From contig NC_082710.1 in assembly GCF_030144855.1 (NCBI RefSeq), positions 153,202,001 to 153,266,000 of the forward strand: a stretch of DNA of 64,000 nt. Direction: 5' to 3'. This document shows, piece after piece, positions 61,906 through 64,000 of this stretch. The notes beneath the pieces were generated by a model. The model saw only the letters and a program-made list of their open reading frames with translations. It was not told the origin of the DNA and did not search any database. This DNA is from Hypanus sabinus (taxonomy: Eukaryota). The position numbers and the translations under genes are program-made. Every line of letters begins with the position of its first letter. Position 1 is the stretch's first letter.

Positions 61906-63189
61906 AAATGGAGTGTAGGGAAAGTGGAAAGCACATTAATGCCTCTGCGTCCACCTTGGCCCTGAGAACATTTTCTTTTACTCATCGACAGGAGAGACAT
62001 TATTTATTGGCCCTTCATTATTGCCCTGTTGAAGGTGACAATGAACCATCTTCTTCGATCTGTTGGAGTCCTTCTGGTGACAGTTCTACAATAATAAGCC
62101 ACTGGAGTGGGGTACCGTATGCCAGGACTTACATCCAATGAACATGCAGGAGTGGCAATATATTTCCAACTCTGGATGGTGGGAGGAACCTGCAGGTAGT
62201 AGTGTTCCCATGCCAATTATGCTTTTGACCCTCCTGGTGGTGGTCATAAGTTTTTGGTGAGGGACTGTGATGGATTTCATAGATGGTACAAACTGCAGCT
62301 ACCATCCACTCATGAATAAGGAGTGAATGTTCAGGGTGGTGGATTTGACATCCAGCAAAATGAAGAGTACACGCTAGCACCCATGGCATGTGTAATCTGA
62401 CTGGATTCATTGTCCTAGCAGCAGCGAGGCCCAGGGGAGACCTGATACAAAACTGGTACACAAATAATACAGATCGTAGGAAACCAAAGGGCTGAGGTAT
62501 AAGGAAAAGGTAAGACTGGATTTGGGGAACTCAATTTTTATCCAGAGGGTGGTTGGATTCTGTAACAAACAGTCAGAGAGGGTGGTGGACCAGAGACTCT
62601 CACAACACTGAAGCATCTGAGTGAGCACTTAAATCACTAATGCACAGAAGCTGTAGATGAAACGCTAGTAAATGGAGTTACTATGGAAAGGTATTCAATA
62701 GTCAACATGTATATGGTGAACTGAAGGCAATTTCTGCGCTATGTAATTCTGGAAGCTGTTAAGGGAGATGGTTTAGAGTCATAGAGCACTACAGCACAGA
62801 AACAGGCCATTTGGCCCATCCAGTATATGCCAGCCTGGTCTTTTGCCTAGGACCATCTAACAGCATCCTGACCATAACCACCTGTACCTCTCATCGATAT
62901 ACAGTACCAATCCAAACTTCTCTTTAATGTTACAATCAAAATTGCATATACCACTTCTGCCATCAGCTTGTTCCACACCCACAGCACTCTCTAAGTGAAG
63001 AAGTTCCTCCACTGATTATTGTCAGAGATGATTCTTTCTTGATGCAATCAGCCATTTCCCACAGCTTCATACCATGAACACTAGAGCAGCACAATGATTC
63101 AGTGCTTGATACTTGCACTGCTCTTCTTGCTGAATCATTGTGCCATTATAAAGTTGCACCATAGCAGGCATCGTATTCAGACACAACCA

Positions 63190-64000
63190 AGGGAAAATCT
63201 GCAGATGCTGTTGGAACTCAGTAGGCCAGGCCGCAGCTACGGAAAAGAGTGCAGTCAAAGTTTCGAGCAGAGATCCTTCAGCAGGACTGGCAAGAAAAAT
63301 CTGAGGAGTTTATTTAAAAGGTGGGGGGAGGACAGAGAGAAACACAAGGTGATGGGTGAAACCTGAAAAGGGAGGGATGAAGTTAGGAGCTGGGAAGTTA
63401 ATTGGTAAAAGAGATAGAAGGCCACAGAGAAACAAAGAAGGGGAGGAGCTCCCGAGTGAGGCAATGGGTGGGCAAGGAGGTAAGGTGAGGAAGGGAAAAG
63501 GGGGTGGGGACTGGTGAAGGAGGGGGCAGGCATTACTGGAAGGTCGAGAATTCCTGTATATTGTAACCTGACATAGATTGGGAGACCGCTTCACTGAGCA
63601 CCTGTGCTCTGTCCTCCACAAAAGCAGGACCTCCCCAGTGGCCACCCATTTTAATTCCACTTCCCATTCCCATAATTCATGATTAGGCCACACTTAGGTT
63701 GGAAGAACAGCACCTTAAGTTCCATCTGCACGGCCTCCAACCTGATGGCATGAACATCGATTTCTCGAACTTCCATAAAAAAAGATTGAAAATGAAATAC
63801 TTTCTCGAACTTCCAGTACTGCCCTGCCTTCAATATTCCCCATCCCCTTTCTCTTTTCTGTCTCTCACCTTATCTCCTTGCCCACCCATCACCTCCCTCT
63901 GCTGCCCCCCCCACCTTTTCTTTCTTCCATGGCCTTCTGTCCTTTTTTATCCTACTTCCACCTCCCCCAACCCTTTATCTCTTTTACCTATCACCTTGTG
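63190..64000. mobile_element. Penelope-like element with an inverted tail copy (minus 63190-63548, plus 63550-64000)
   Basis: The left arm is the reverse complement of the PLE tail that starts again near 63800; GIY-YIG remnant (RLGDRFTEHL) lies between; runs off the window end. Confidence 0.8.
63252..63289 (-). ncRNA. Hammerhead motif, degenerate
   Basis: CAGUC-CUGCUGA-AGGAUCUCUGCUC-GAA-ACUU-U-GACUG: helix I perfect; core A6 and helix III mutated. Confidence 0.5.

Noticed and set aside
7860-64000. Remaining short ORFs of 60-200 aa in the track
   Set aside because: They map to TE fragments, their antisense strands or low-complexity DNA, with no host-gene exon structure. No tRNA or rRNA genes were recognised.

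Overview
Repeat-dense vertebrate genomic DNA, most likely from a cartilaginous fish (inferred from the CR1, Rex1/Babar, Penelope-like and V-SINE repeat set and the class I sequence; species cannot be determined). One host gene is supported: a 7-exon MHC class I heavy-chain gene on the minus strand (45352-57962; leader, alpha1, alpha2, alpha3, TM and two cytoplasmic exons, all with GT-AG phase-1 junctions). It keeps 8 of the 9 peptide-terminus anchor residues, which fits the published description of the chondrichthyan nonclassical UDA lineage. As given, its leader exon carries a +1 frameshift in a T5 run. The rest is transposable-element DNA: two Gypsy LTR elements (one with a PNMA-like gag), three solo LTRs with perfect TSDs, Rex1/Babar and CR1 LINEs, Penelope-like elements (PLEs), two hAT elements, Tc1 and Chapaev remnants and SINEs, several of them nested. 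The most notable observations are (1) minimal type I hammerhead ribozyme motifs in the PLE tails, with one intact copy at 22469-22505, (2) a ~12 kb G-rich minisatellite with higher-order repeats that appears to have grown in place from a PLE motif, and (3) a Gypsy element flanked by a ~480 bp direct duplication instead of a TSD. All alignments, residue numbering and TE family calls were made by eye, and fragment boundaries without a TSD are approximate.
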